DNA from: an uncultured Nitrososphaerales archaeon
GTDB taxonomy: Archaea; Thermoproteota; Nitrososphaeria; Nitrososphaerales; Nitrososphaeraceae
Direction: 5' to 3'
Length of the DNA: 64,000 nt
Assembly (NCBI GenBank): GCA_963841565.1
Contig: CAWJCY010000006.1
Coordinates: forward strand, 32,001-96,000
The position numbers and the translations under genes are program-made. How positions within the stretch are numbered: position 1 is the first letter of the stretch; each line of letters opens with the position of its first letter. The notes beneath the pieces were generated by a model. It worked only from the letters and a program-made list of their open reading frames with translations. It did not search any database and had not been told where the DNA came from. This document shows positions 1 through 10,479 of this stretch, in pieces.

Positions 1-1
1 T

Positions 2-262
2 GAGGATATATACAATACAAACACTATTTATGGAAGACACCGACACCGATATGAACTCAACCAAAAATATCTAGGAATCTTGGAAAAAGGGGGATTGGTA
101 TTATCTGGTTTTTCAGACGGGGCCAAACGCACTGAAATATTGGAGATACCAAAGCACAAATTTTACTTCGCAACACAATACCATTCTGAATTTAGTAGTA
201 GGCTGGGAAAGCCGGAAAAGAGCTTTTTGGCTTTTGTAGAATCCGCTTCAGCTAGAGCTTGA
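2..262 (+). CDS. pyrG: CTP synthase, C-terminal glutaminase part (5'-truncated by window edge)
   Basis: Frame is open from base 2: ...GRHRHRYELN...FATQYHSEFSSR, the CTP synthase RHRHRYE and QxHPEF motifs. Confidence 0.92.
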   Translation, partial: EDIYNTNTIYGRHRHRYELNQKYLGILEKGGLVLSGFSDGAKRTEILEIPKHKFYFATQYHSEFSSRLGKPEKSFLAFVESASARA

Positions 263-1256
263 GCATATAGATTCGTTGCCTAGCGTCACGAAGGGAAGTC
301 TTTTTTTTCACATATCCGCGGGTGAGTAGATGCCTTAACGCTAACCTCACAGTTCGTTCTGGCAGCATTGTCCGAGTTGATAAATCTCTCTGACTCAGAG
401 CACCTTCATACTCTAAAGTCTTGAGAAGCAACTTAGCACTTGGTGGCATACTCAACAAATCCTCAGCAAGTCTTACTTTTTTGGCAATTAGCGAAAGTAT
501 AGACGAATTTCCTGAGAGCCTAACTAGCTTAGCTGGAACCTGATGCTTGGAGCACTGAAGCGATTTCTTAATTCCCATCCTAGTGCCTCCATCAAGAACA
601 ATTTCACAATGATATCTGCTTACTATATCAGCTACCTCTACTGTGGTATCATTTGGGATTATCAAAGGTCGTCTTGTGTTGTCCAACGAATTAACAGATA
701 CCACAATGAAGACCTGAGATTTCTGTAAAACCATGGGACCACCAGCGGACATTGAATAAGCAGTGGAACCAGTTGGGGTAGACAGGATCAGGCCATCACT
801 ATTGTCACGCCAGACAGTTTTCTCATCTATTCTCAAAACATGCTCCATTAGAGTTGCACTTTTGCTTGGGAATACAGCCACATCATTGAGTACTGGTTCT
901 ACTTCCCTGCCATCTACCTTCACCGCAATCCGAAATACCTGGTCGATCTCGAAGTTTCCTTTGTCTATTCGATTTAAAGATGCTTCCAGATCACGAACAT
1001 CGAGTTGTGCAAGGAATCCTGTCGAATCAGATTCGTAAATTCCCAGAACAGGGGCAGAATCTGTAACCACTTTATGAAAGTAATCTAGAATCCCTCGATC
1101 GCCCCCTGCGGAAATTATGAGATCGACATCCCTTGCGGCACGATAGTCACCATCTCTCATTAGTTGAACACTGAAACCACCGTAATCTAGAACTTTCTTG
1201 ATCTGATGAAGTAGTATCGAATCTCTCGCTTGATTCACAGAAATAGCGACCTTCAT
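252..1256 (-). CDS. nadK: NAD kinase with C-terminal winged-helix domain
   Basis: GGDRG, VLND, DGLILSTPTGSTAYSMSAGGP motifs; last ~65 aa are wHTH-like (LSQRDLSTRTMLPERTVRLALRHLLTRGYV). Confidence 0.85.
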   Translation of the reverse strand: MKVAISVNQARDSILLHQIKKVLDYGGFSVQLMRDGDYRAARDVDLIISAGGDRGILDYFHKVVTDSAPVLGIYESDSTGFLAQLDVRDLEASLNRIDKGNFEIDQVFRIAVKVDGREVEPVLNDVAVFPSKSATLMEHVLRIDEKTVWRDNSDGLILSTPTGSTAYSMSAGGPMVLQKSQVFIVVSVNSLDNTRRPLIIPNDTTVEVADIVSRYHCEIVLDGGTRMGIKKSLQCSKHQVPAKLVRLSGNSSILSLIAKKVRLAEDLLSMPPSAKLLLKTLEYEGALSQRDLSTRTMLPERTVRLALRHLLTRGYVKKKTSLRDARQRIYMLKL

Positions 1257-1810
1257 GAGGACTAGTAATTCACATAAGCAAGTCCAATTTAAATATGAAT
1301 CGTACTTGAATTAAAAGAATCCATGCGGATGTGGAATAGAATTGTAATCCCCAAATCTAAGCATTTTGCAAAGGAAAAGCAGCTTTTAGACCTGAGTAAG
1401 TAGATTTCATCGATCAACTAGGAGCGTTATCTTGTTCTGTACGAGCTCAAATGTATCAATGGGGGTTGAAAATATTGCATATTAGGCATTTTCATGAGAC
1501 ACGCAATTCGTCTCACTTGTTGTAGAGTACCTAATCTGATTTCTTTAGGTATCAGAACTCGAAATATACGTTCATTGATTTTCAGTGGTTTGTATGAATG
1601 CGCTTAACACTGTGGTGCAACGTAAATTGAATACTTCCTCTAACTTCTGGTATCCGTGCGTCATATGGGGCCTCTTCAAAGTGTTTCTTTTTCTATCTAA
1701 CCTATAATCCGCCTATATAGTCTCGCCTGAATCATACAATTGAATACTTTAGTCTTTGGGATTAAGATATGATAAGATTTAAAGGATAGCTCCTTTGTAG
1801 CAACTATTGG

Positions 1811-2098
1811 ATGCCAAAGAAAAGGGCGAGTAGGGGCAGAACAAAGGGAGGAAAAGGAAGTTCAGGTACGGTGCATTGTAGTCAGTGCGGGGCAATGGTT
1901 CCTAGGGATAAGGCAAAGAAGGTAACCGGTCGGGTAACTCTTGTAGAACCTACTCTCGCAAAGGAGTTAAAAGCCCAGGGTGCTTATATTGCTCCTTCAT
2001 CAGATGTTAAATTCTATTGTGTCTCATGCGCAGTTCACCGAGGAGTAGTAAAAGTCAGATCCGAAAGTGAAAGAAGAAGTACTGGTAGATTAAGATAA
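1811..2098 (+). CDS. rps26e: 30S ribosomal protein S26e
   Basis: MPKKRASRGR...CSQCGAMVPRDKAKK...YCVSCAVHRGVVKVR. Confidence 0.96.
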   Translation: MPKKRASRGRTKGGKGSSGTVHCSQCGAMVPRDKAKKVTGRVTLVEPTLAKELKAQGAYIAPSSDVKFYCVSCAVHRGVVKVRSESERRSTGRLR

Positions 2099-2103
2099 TT
2101 ACT

Positions 2104-2712
2104 TCAACGTGTTGATGATAGTTGCCTGTTTACTTCCAATACTCTCTGAACTAATGTAAAGCCAGCTACTATGGATACGATTATGACTGCCCACTGTGAA
2201 GATCCGTGGAACGGTAGCATTCCAATAATGGCGAGTAACAAAAGCCTTTCTGCTCTCTCACCGATACCTATTCCTTGTAGTGAGACTCCAAGCGATTCTG
2301 AACGCGCCCGAACATAGCTCACTAAAAGTGAGAGCGATATTGCGATCATGCACGTTATTGGATTTGCAAGGGTTCCCACTGCAATTCCGATGTAAACAAT
2401 CGATTCTGACATTTTATCATACGTTGAATCAAGGAAAGATCCCCTCTTGGACATTTTTTTGGTTAAGCGAGCAACAACTCCATCCACCAGGTCAAAGAAC
2501 CCCGAAATGATTAGAAATATCCCGCCGCCAAGCGAAAAATAATAAGAATTTTGATGGTCAAGCACAATTGCACTCCCATATATTGCTGCTGCAATAACAG
2601 AAGTGATCAAACTCAATCCCGTCCAGAAGTTAGGGGAGGGGTTTATTTTCGAGAATTCCTTCCCAATACGGAGTAAAAGAGGTTGGATCTGACCCCTCAA
2701 TCGGTTGAGCAA
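2104..2712 (-). CDS. CDP-alcohol phosphatidyltransferase (archaetidylinositol-phosphate synthase-like)
   Basis: DLVDGVVAR...G SFLDSTYD signature, SPNFWT, YVRARSES, GIGERAER; multiple TM segments. Confidence 0.88.
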   Translation of the reverse strand: MLNRLRGQIQPLLLRIGKEFSKINPSPNFWTGLSLITSVIAAAIYGSAIVLDHQNSYYFSLGGGIFLIISGFFDLVDGVVARLTKKMSKRGSFLDSTYDKMSESIVYIGIAVGTLANPITCMIAISLSLLVSYVRARSESLGVSLQGIGIGERAERLLLLAIIGMLPFHGSSQWAVIIVSIVAGFTLVQRVLEVNRQLSSTR

Positions 2713-2904
2713 ACTGCAGCTAGTTCTTAGGGTTGCCGACTGTATAAATTTTCTTGGAATTGTACGCTCTCACCTAAATTGGTGTTGTTCCTCGTCTCCG
2801 TTTTCGTCCAAATATATGAATAAAAGGTAAGTTTTGACAATGATTAAATTTACTTCTAATGTTTCTTAATTCTTTAATAATCATAGGCAGTTGAGTAGTC
2901 TGAT

Positions 2905-4065
2905 ATGTTGGTCGCAGAAGATGACCTGAGAGCGAATGCTCATACTCATACTTTAGCCGACAAGGTTCTTATAATAGGTTTGGGCCAGCTTGGCCTTCCG
3001 GTGGCAAAATATGTGAAGGAGAAAGGATTTGATGTATACGGATATGATATTAGTCAGAAAGCAATACAGCGTGCAGAAAAGATAGCTGCAATAAAGAAAG
3101 CTGATAATTTCAGTGAATTTGATGTATACATTATTTGTATCTCTACACACATGCCAGACGATATGTTTACACCTCAGATAGATGGTTTGTTGTCCATTGT
3201 ACAAGAGAAAATTGCAAAGGAAGCCAAAAATGGTGCACTTGTCTCAATAGAGAGTACTATTCCAAGGGGAACATCTAAGAAGGTATTTGAGATGCTAAAC
3301 CATAGATTACATGTTGCACACATACCTCATAGATGGTATGCTTTAGAAGAAAAAGAGCATGGAGTTAACCAGTTACGTGTAGTTGGAGGAGTGTGTGATT
3401 GTTGTCTTAATGCAGCTGTACAGTTCTATGGTCAAATTAATGTTAGCAACAACATAAACAACAACAACGACAGCAACAACAAAATCAATATTGATAATGG
3501 TAATGGCAATTCAAATGGCAATGGCAATGCAAATGGTAAAAACAGCATCCTCATGGGCGATACCGGCATCGAAATCGCGCCTTCAACTATGGACGATGCT
3601 ATTGCTACTTCTTCTTCTTCCACAACTGGCAAAAAAAATAATGACTTCAATTACACTCCTAATCTAGAAATACCATTACATCCTGTTTCTGATGTAGAAA
3701 TTGCTGAAATAACAAAGATAGCTGAAAATGCGCATAGATATCTTCAAATAGCTTTTGCAGAGGATATCTACCTTTACTGTCAATCCAATAGCATAAACTT
3801 CCCAGAATTGCGTGAAGCCCTAAATACCAAATGGAATGTAGAGATACTCGAGCCCAGAGACGGCATAGGAGGACATTGTCTGCCAAAAGACACCAAAATG
3901 TTTCTACAATCGTCAAAATCAGTTGCTACGAGGAGCCGGATATTAACAGCATCAATGGAAGTAGATGAAGAATACAAGAGATACAGATTATCACGAGCAT
4001 CACAAACCGCAAACATACAGACCAGTCGTAGGACTGGAAGAACTAGTTCTATCCAATACGATTAG
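2905..4065 (+). CDS. Nucleotide-sugar (UDP-glucose/GDP-mannose family) dehydrogenase-like protein with Asn-rich insert, no obvious C-terminal UDP-binding domain
   Basis: IIGLGQLG Rossmann motif, IESTIPRGT, EITKIAENAHR (catalytic Lys), GIGGHCLPKD (catalytic Cys). Confidence 0.8.
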   Translation: MLVAEDDLRANAHTHTLADKVLIIGLGQLGLPVAKYVKEKGFDVYGYDISQKAIQRAEKIAAIKKADNFSEFDVYIICISTHMPDDMFTPQIDGLLSIVQEKIAKEAKNGALVSIESTIPRGTSKKVFEMLNHRLHVAHIPHRWYALEEKEHGVNQLRVVGGVCDCCLNAAVQFYGQINVSNNINNNNDSNNKINIDNGNGNSNGNGNANGKNSILMGDTGIEIAPSTMDDAIATSSSSTTGKKNNDFNYTPNLEIPLHPVSDVEIAEITKIAENAHRYLQIAFAEDIYLYCQSNSINFPELREALNTKWNVEILEPRDGIGGHCLPKDTKMFLQSSKSVATRSRILTASMEVDEEYKRYRLSRASQTANIQTSRRTGRTSSIQYD

Positions 4066-4266
4066 CCACGGTAAGGACAAATACTATAAGTACAGCAGTT
4101 TTGTTTTTTCTTACTGCTGGGATCAAATTAGATGCATTAGATGCTGCACTTAATTTGTTTGTGTCAGTCGTATTCTTGATTAGAGATGGTCAAAACAATA
4201 ATCAATTCGAATATCACCGATTCGATTGGCTAAGATATAAGTAAGAATGCGAGAATTATAATTTGA

Positions 4267-5133
4267 TTGGCCGCAATAGATCTGCAACGCTGCATTGAGG
4301 AATGGAAAAACGCCGTAGCAATTCCTATACGAGAGACAGAGGATAGCAATAGATTAGCTGAATTTTCGTTGCACGTATCAAGGATTTTGGCCTATCCGGA
4401 ATTGAACATCGAATCCACTTCACAGCAAATAGACGACTTGGGTTATAAATTGTTTCAAAAAGTCAAGGACCCTAAGCGGCTACGACCCACCCAACTCATC
4501 GAAGTGATAAATGATTTTTTCTTCAATGAGGTAAAGTTCAAGCCTAATGCACATGACTATTACAACCCTGCCAATAATTACCTCAACATAGTCCTTGAGA
4601 GGAAAACGGGGATACCGATAACTCTGTCTATCCTGTATATGAGGATAGCATCTAAGTTAGATTTCACACTGTTTCCTATAAATTTTCCAGCTCACTTTCT
4701 GGTCAAATATATTCTTGACGATCAGTCTGCGGAGATTGTTATCGATCCATTCAATATGGGTCGAATAATGGATGATTATTCTCTAAAAGAGTTATTGGAA
4801 CGATCTTATCCTCGCCAAAATATGGCACTAACTAGGGCGTTACTTAGTAACGCGACTGCTTCACAGGTAGTGGTTAGACTCCTAAATAATCTCAAGAATA
4901 GCTTTTATGAGTCAAACGACCTAGAAAGAGCCGAACTCGCAAACGAAATGATAATCAGCATAGATGAGACTAACCCATTTTCAATAAGAGATAAGGGGAT
5001 GATTTTCTTAAAGAGGGGGCAAAAATCAGAGGCGCTTGCTACGCTTAGTAAGTATTTGGAGATTCATCCTGAGACAAATGACGCTGATACGATCTTGGAA
5101 TTGATTCGACAAATTCGCTCCCAGAGCAAATAG
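4267..5133 (+). CDS. SirB1-type transglutaminase-like core plus C-terminal TPR
   Basis: YYNPANNYLNIVLERKTGIPITLSILY, NFPAHFLV, IDPFNMG, RLLNNLK; TPR-like C-terminus. Confidence 0.85.
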   Translation: MAAIDLQRCIEEWKNAVAIPIRETEDSNRLAEFSLHVSRILAYPELNIESTSQQIDDLGYKLFQKVKDPKRLRPTQLIEVINDFFFNEVKFKPNAHDYYNPANNYLNIVLERKTGIPITLSILYMRIASKLDFTLFPINFPAHFLVKYILDDQSAEIVIDPFNMGRIMDDYSLKELLERSYPRQNMALTRALLSNATASQVVVRLLNNLKNSFYESNDLERAELANEMIISIDETNPFSIRDKGMIFLKRGQKSEALATLSKYLEIHPETNDADTILELIRQIRSQSK

Positions 5134-5243
5134 AGCCCTTTGAACAAACCAAATTTTCGACAGAAACACATTGGCTGACTTCAACCCTTTCTTAGGGAGC
5201 AGCATCTAGTGACTTACTATGTTTAACTTTAGATAATCAATTC

Positions 5244-5774
5244 TTATTCTTTATTGTGGCTGTGTCCATCCCCCACAGTTGACAGCCATCGTTCTAATTC
5301 AAACCTGTCTATTCTTGCTACGCTAACTTTAGCATTTGCCAAAAGAACTGACCCATCTTCAGGGTAAGAGGCTAGCGATATCACCTTGGCTATTCCTACA
5401 CTTACTGCCATCTTGCTACATTCCAGACAAGGGGCATAAGTTGAATACAACGTGGAACCCCTAGTACTGCCTGTATTACCAAAAACAGCACATTGAAGCA
5501 TAGCATTAGCCTCTGCATGCATACACAGACATCTTTCAAGATCTGCTCCTGACTCAATTTTACCATTCGCACGATCCAAACATCTCAAACATCCTCCTTC
5601 GAAACAGTTCTTAATCCCTGAAGGCGTACCATTGTACCCGGTTGCGATCTGTCTATTCTCACGAACTATGACACAGCCCACTTGTCTTGTTATACAATTT
5701 GAGCGGAGTTTAGCTATTTCCGCTTGCAGCATAAAATATACGTCCCAGTCTGGCCTGCTCTCCTTACTTACCAT
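5244..5774 (-). CDS. dCMP deaminase family protein
   Basis: RPDWDVYFM, ATGYNGTP, HAEANA and PCLEC zinc motifs. Confidence 0.9.
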   Translation of the reverse strand: MVSKESRPDWDVYFMLQAEIAKLRSNCITRQVGCVIVRENRQIATGYNGTPSGIKNCFEGGCLRCLDRANGKIESGADLERCLCMHAEANAMLQCAVFGNTGSTRGSTLYSTYAPCLECSKMAVSVGIAKVISLASYPEDGSVLLANAKVSVARIDRFELERWLSTVGDGHSHNKE

Positions 5775-6054
5775 CTGTCCTTGTCTATGGAATCGTTCCT
5801 CAATAACTATAAGAGTTTTTTCAGGTTATCCTGTTCCATACTTTGTAACTATCTGACTAACATGTTAATTGCAAAATTCAGTCAAATGCTTGGCATCGTT
5901 CCGTCTGAATATTTGTATGAACTCCATACCTAAGGTTATTGGAGTTTTAATAGTCAGAATTCGATTTAGGGTCAATGGAATCTCCGTTAAAGCAACAGGG
6001 ACGGTAAAATATAGATTATATAAAGCGTTATATATTATCAAAGACTGTCACAAG

Positions 6055-6609
6055 ATGCAGAACCCAAGTCTCAAAAAGGATGAATTGAGAGCAAGGAAGA
6101 TTTATCTTTATACCTTTTACTTCTGCGCTGCGACCATGTTAATCATCTTTATTTATGCACTGGTTCTGAGCGTCGCTGAATATTTGAGCACGGGGAGAAT
6201 TGTTATCGGAGAGGTGTTGGTGAATACTGAATTTCCAATGACTGGTTTGGCGAAATTGGTTACCTATCTAATGATAGTTACCGTTGTAGGTTGGTATTGT
6301 GTCACAAAGATTGGTGGAACTCAGGCAAAAAAACTACCAAAGTCATGGAAAGCTCTTTTTCAGCTCATTATACTTGCCATTGCGATTACAGCATTTTACG
6401 AATTCATCTACAACTTTGTCGTTTGGAATTCATTTATTACAATTGATATGACCAATGGATTGCTAAGGCTAGATGACATCAATGTACCATACCCCAATCC
6501 GGAGACTCCTTGGAATCTGGTTTTTGCGACCAAGATGTCTTTTGCTGCATTTCTAATCTCAGCCCATGGGTTTTATGTAATTTCCAAATCAGAAGAAAAA
6601 AGCGACTAG
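6055..6609 (+). CDS. Membrane protein of unknown function (~4 TM)
   Basis: Hydrophobic segments; ATG 6055 follows an AT-rich TATA-like region and is preferred over the TTG at 5869. Confidence 0.7.
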   Translation: MQNPSLKKDELRARKIYLYTFYFCAATMLIIFIYALVLSVAEYLSTGRIVIGEVLVNTEFPMTGLAKLVTYLMIVTVVGWYCVTKIGGTQAKKLPKSWKALFQLIILAIAITAFYEFIYNFVVWNSFITIDMTNGLLRLDDINVPYPNPETPWNLVFATKMSFAAFLISAHGFYVISKSEEKSD

Positions 6610-6804
6610 CCATATTGTCGTAAAGCTGTTTGAACTAGTTGACAAGACAGAATCTTTCGGTCTTATAGTTGTACGATGGTAAAAGTCAGGATTGTTAGGT
6701 TAGTGCTTAAATCATGAAGCTAAATAATGGGTCTATTTGCCAATCAATACCATCTACTGCCAAGCTATATATATCAGATATGGCACAATGAGATTAGTTG
6801 CAAA

Positions 6805-7287
6805 ATGGTAGATAAAGAATCAGCAAGTGGTAATGTAAAGACGACAGAAGTGAACACAGCTTACGAAACGGTTCGAGACAGTTTTATGAGAGCTATCGAC
6901 GAAGTTGCTAAGGCCCAACCCCAATATTCACAGTCAATATCAAACCTTCAGCTTGATTATATCCAGACGGTGAAAAATGTAATACATACTACTTTTGCTG
7001 TTCAAAAGCAGTATGTAGGTGAAACCTGGAACACTTTTCCAAGCTCTGCAGTCGTATCAGATCAAATGGCTAGACAGACATCTGACTTCACAAACAATGC
7101 AATAAAAGCGATAGATATTAACAATCAATTGACCATAAATGCCATTGATGCCGCAAGAGAGAACCTTAAGGTATACAATAGGACTGTAGATACGATAACT
7201 GAATATAATACGAATATCGCGAAGGCTTGGAATACATATTATAATGTATCCCAACAACAGCAAAGACAATTCTTTACCACACACTAG
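6805..7287 (+). CDS. Helical Gln/Asn/Thr-rich protein, phasin-like (tentative)
   Basis: Amphipathic all-helical pattern; TATATATA ~35 nt upstream of ATG 6805; the phasin label is inference. Confidence 0.6.
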   Translation: MVDKESASGNVKTTEVNTAYETVRDSFMRAIDEVAKAQPQYSQSISNLQLDYIQTVKNVIHTTFAVQKQYVGETWNTFPSSAVVSDQMARQTSDFTNNAIKAIDINNQLTINAIDAARENLKVYNRTVDTITEYNTNIAKAWNTYYNVSQQQQRQFFTTH

Positions 7288-7545
7288 CGGAGTTTGGGAA
7301 TACTAAACTCTAGAATTTTTATCCTACCTTTTTTAAACGTTTTTCATCGCAATAGCCTATTTTCATTCCTTAGATTGACTGACCACTACCATTATCCACA
7401 TTTTCCACATTTCTCTTTGTATCTTATTGTAGGATTCTTTTTTGGAACCGAGTGGTTTACCGTACTAGAAACAAGAGGCTAGCTTAGAGAAGAAGCATTA
7501 AAGGAAAGATAAAATACCAAGAAGTATTCTAACTTTCTATTAAAT

Positions 7546-7887
7546 ATGTCAGAAAGTGATCATAACGATGCAGTATATCTCAAATACAAGTCTTTGGAAG
7601 ACATGTTGAAAGTAATAGTTTATTCATCTCAGTCTGCACTGGGTTTGACCCCTATGTTATATCATTTACAACACGATAATAGAGAAATTTTATTTATTCA
7701 AACTGGGGCGGTTGGTACTTCTATAATACACTATGTTGTACAGTCCAGCAAACCAGAAAGGAAATTCATTGAACTAAAAAGACTGACAGGTGAATTTGTT
7801 TACGTTGACTCTCTAGGGACCGATACTCTTTCCTTGTATGTTCCGATCCTAGAATTGGAAAAGGTAACTTTTACATTTCCTTTTTGA
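7546..7887 (+). CDS. Conserved hypothetical archaeal protein
   Basis: Clean 113-aa ORF with globular composition, followed by a T-rich tract. Confidence 0.7.
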   Translation: MSESDHNDAVYLKYKSLEDMLKVIVYSSQSALGLTPMLYHLQHDNREILFIQTGAVGTSIIHYVVQSSKPERKFIELKRLTGEFVYVDSLGTDTLSLYVPILELEKVTFTFPF

Positions 7888-8121
7888 ATTTAATTATTAA
7901 CAAGCTGATCTAACAATGACTCTAAGCTTGTAGTATGTCTCACCACCCAGAACAAAAACCTAATCGTCAATGATCATCAGGCCGATTCCTAAAAGTCGAA
8001 TCATATATTTCCCCAAGATTTCTAATTATATGGGATTCGCTATCATGGATCCTCTAATAATGCAACAGATTCTCTAACAGATATTAATAAGATACTTATA
8101 TCATCTGCTTGAAGGAGTGAA

Positions 8122-8856
8122 TTGGCTAAAGTAACGAGAATATTCCGACCTGTGGCATCCCAGATAGGGACTCTCAAGCTTAGTGAAATATTCTATTCAT
8201 TACAGGGAGAGGGGATTGATGTTGGAAAGCCAGCAGTTTTCATACGAACTGCATTATGCAATCTATCATGCGTATGGTGTGACACGAAATACACATGGGA
8301 TTGGAGTCATTATGATTATAATAGGGAGGTTTCAGAAATGACAATACCTGAAATTCAGCAACAAATATCAGGGTTCGATACCAAACATTGTGTAATCACC
8401 GGCGGCGAACCTCTCATACAACAGATGGAGCTTATTCCCTTACTCTCCAACCTGAAGAGCAAGGACTATTTCGTTGAGGTTGAAACGAATGGTACTATTC
8501 TTCCTTTAGAAATGGTAGAAAGGTTTGTAGACCGATGGAATGTTTCTCCAAAACTTCAGAACTCGTCGATTTCGAAACAACGCAGAGAAGTCCAGAGCTC
8601 TTTGGATTATTTTGCGAAGAATTCTAAGGCGTACATGAAATTTGTCATTTGCAATCATTCTGACATAGCAGAGGTGAAAACTCTGATCGGAAAATATAAG
8701 CTGAAGAGTCAAAGAATGATTTTGATGCCTGAGGGAAATTCTGCCGCGGAAATCATGAAGAAATCTAAATGGCTGGCAGATATTTGTCTAAAGAATGGGT
8801 ACAGATTGTCAATTAGGCTCCATACGCTCGTTTGGTCTGGAATTAGGGCCAAATAG
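8122..8856 (+). CDS. queE: 7-carboxy-7-deazaguanine synthase (radical SAM)
   Basis: EIFYSLQGEG, CNLSCVWCDT (CxxxCxxC), ITGGEP, EVETNG, VSPKL, RLHTLVW. Confidence 0.93.
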   Translation: MAKVTRIFRPVASQIGTLKLSEIFYSLQGEGIDVGKPAVFIRTALCNLSCVWCDTKYTWDWSHYDYNREVSEMTIPEIQQQISGFDTKHCVITGGEPLIQQMELIPLLSNLKSKDYFVEVETNGTILPLEMVERFVDRWNVSPKLQNSSISKQRREVQSSLDYFAKNSKAYMKFVICNHSDIAEVKTLIGKYKLKSQRMILMPEGNSAAEIMKKSKWLADICLKNGYRLSIRLHTLVWSGIRAK

Positions 8857-9071
8857 TCTCAGGTCTCGTTTGCAACTTAATGGCGGATCTCTAAAATTCT
8901 GTAACCAATAATACTAAACCACACAATGCAAAGAAAGTGAATCCATTTCGCTCCTCCCTCTCCCGTTCGAATTATGCATATTAGCTTTGATTGCAAAGAA
9001 TTGAATCTGTAAAAACATTCACCTCTTCGCTTCTAATACAATTATAAGGCATTGGGACATATTCTCGGTAT

Positions 9072-10349
9072 TTGATATCTATGTGGAAAGCAAAGTACAA
9101 GATATTTTTGCTAACTTTAGGCTTTGTATTATCTTTCATCAGTCTGATCTGCCCTATAACTCATTCTTCGGACCTGAGAGCTTCCTTCGATGGAGGATCA
9201 GAAGTAACAGATCTCATGAATCAGAGTCTTCTAATAGAGTTCGATAATATTAAGAATATTTCGAATAATACTGAAGATTCAGTATATGGCCAAGTAAGAA
9301 GTTCAGACGATAGTATTTATGTCGTATGGCAAGAATCAGTACCTGGGAATACAGATAGGAACTATGAAATTTTTTTCAAAAAGAGCAGTGATGAGGGAAA
9401 TTCTTTTGGCGAAAAAATTCGATTAAGCGACAATATTGGTTTTTCTGAACATCCTCAAATGGCCTCAGAAAATAAGAACGTTTACGTAGTATGGGCAGAT
9501 AATACAAATGTCAATAAGCAAATTTATTTTAAGAAGAGCAACGATGGAGGAGATTCTTTTGGAGAGCAGATGTTACTGAGCGACGGTAATTCGAATGCAT
9601 TCAACCAGGAGATTTCAAGCTTTGGAGATAATGTGTATATTGTCTGGTTGGAAAAGGTTCCTTATGGTCCCTATCGCATAATGCTAGCCTCCAGCAACGA
9701 TGGCGGAGATACTTTTCACAAACCAATAAAGTTAAGTGAGAATGCAATGGCTCAAACGTATCCAAAAATATCTTCTTTTGATAACAATGTTTATGTCGCC
9801 TGGAATGTCGAGGATCGGCTGGACACGAAAAGCGGGGTTTACTTTATTTCTAGCTTAGATAATGGCATGACATTTGGTAACACATCGAAATTAAATACAG
9901 AAGAAAAAGACTTTGGTGAGCCTCAGGTTGCTAGTTATGGGAACCAGGTTTATGTGATTTGGGGGGGATCAGATACAAACAGACTAAGGAACTTAAGTCT
10001 TATTAAGAGTGATGACTATGGACAAACATTTTCTGAAATCAACAAGATAAGTGAAACTGTTTACGGCAAACTAAGTGAACCTTCGAATGTCGAAATTATG
10101 GCTGATCAGAATAACAGAGTATTCATAGCGTGGCAAGATAAAATGAATCCCTCAGATAAAGATGAGATTTTCTTTGCATCAAGTACCGACCGTGGTGAGT
10201 CATTTAGTGGTGTTACGAATCTGAGTAACAATGCAGATATTTCGGAATGTCCTTCAATTATTGCAGTAAAAGATATGGTATTTGCAACTTGGGAAGATCT
10301 TACTCCTGGGAACCATGAGGTACTTTTTGCCAGAGGTACAATTCTTTGA
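9072..10349 (+). CDS. Secreted BNR/Asp-box (sialidase-like beta-propeller) protein
   Basis: Signal peptide; six SxDxGxxF Asp-boxes, each preceded by a VYVVW-type strand. Confidence 0.85.
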   Translation: MISMWKAKYKIFLLTLGFVLSFISLICPITHSSDLRASFDGGSEVTDLMNQSLLIEFDNIKNISNNTEDSVYGQVRSSDDSIYVVWQESVPGNTDRNYEIFFKKSSDEGNSFGEKIRLSDNIGFSEHPQMASENKNVYVVWADNTNVNKQIYFKKSNDGGDSFGEQMLLSDGNSNAFNQEISSFGDNVYIVWLEKVPYGPYRIMLASSNDGGDTFHKPIKLSENAMAQTYPKISSFDNNVYVAWNVEDRLDTKSGVYFISSLDNGMTFGNTSKLNTEEKDFGEPQVASYGNQVYVIWGGSDTNRLRNLSLIKSDDYGQTFSEINKISETVYGKLSEPSNVEIMADQNNRVFIAWQDKMNPSDKDEIFFASSTDRGESFSGVTNLSNNADISECPSIIAVKDMVFATWEDLTPGNHEVLFARGTIL

Positions 10350-10479
10350 AGATTTCCCGGGGTATGCTCCATTTGGTTTTGCATGAAATTGAAATAATGT
10401 ATATCAGCAGCAGGTTAGGTTTTATAAGTAATGAGGAGGAGGCTGAGCAAGAATTGGCTACTAGAGATAGGCGAACGGA

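Noticed and set aside
8122-8856. queE as part of a 7-deazaguanine DNA-modification (dpd) island
   Set aside because: No dpdA/tgt-like or other que genes adjacent; ordinary preQ0/archaeosine synthesis explains it
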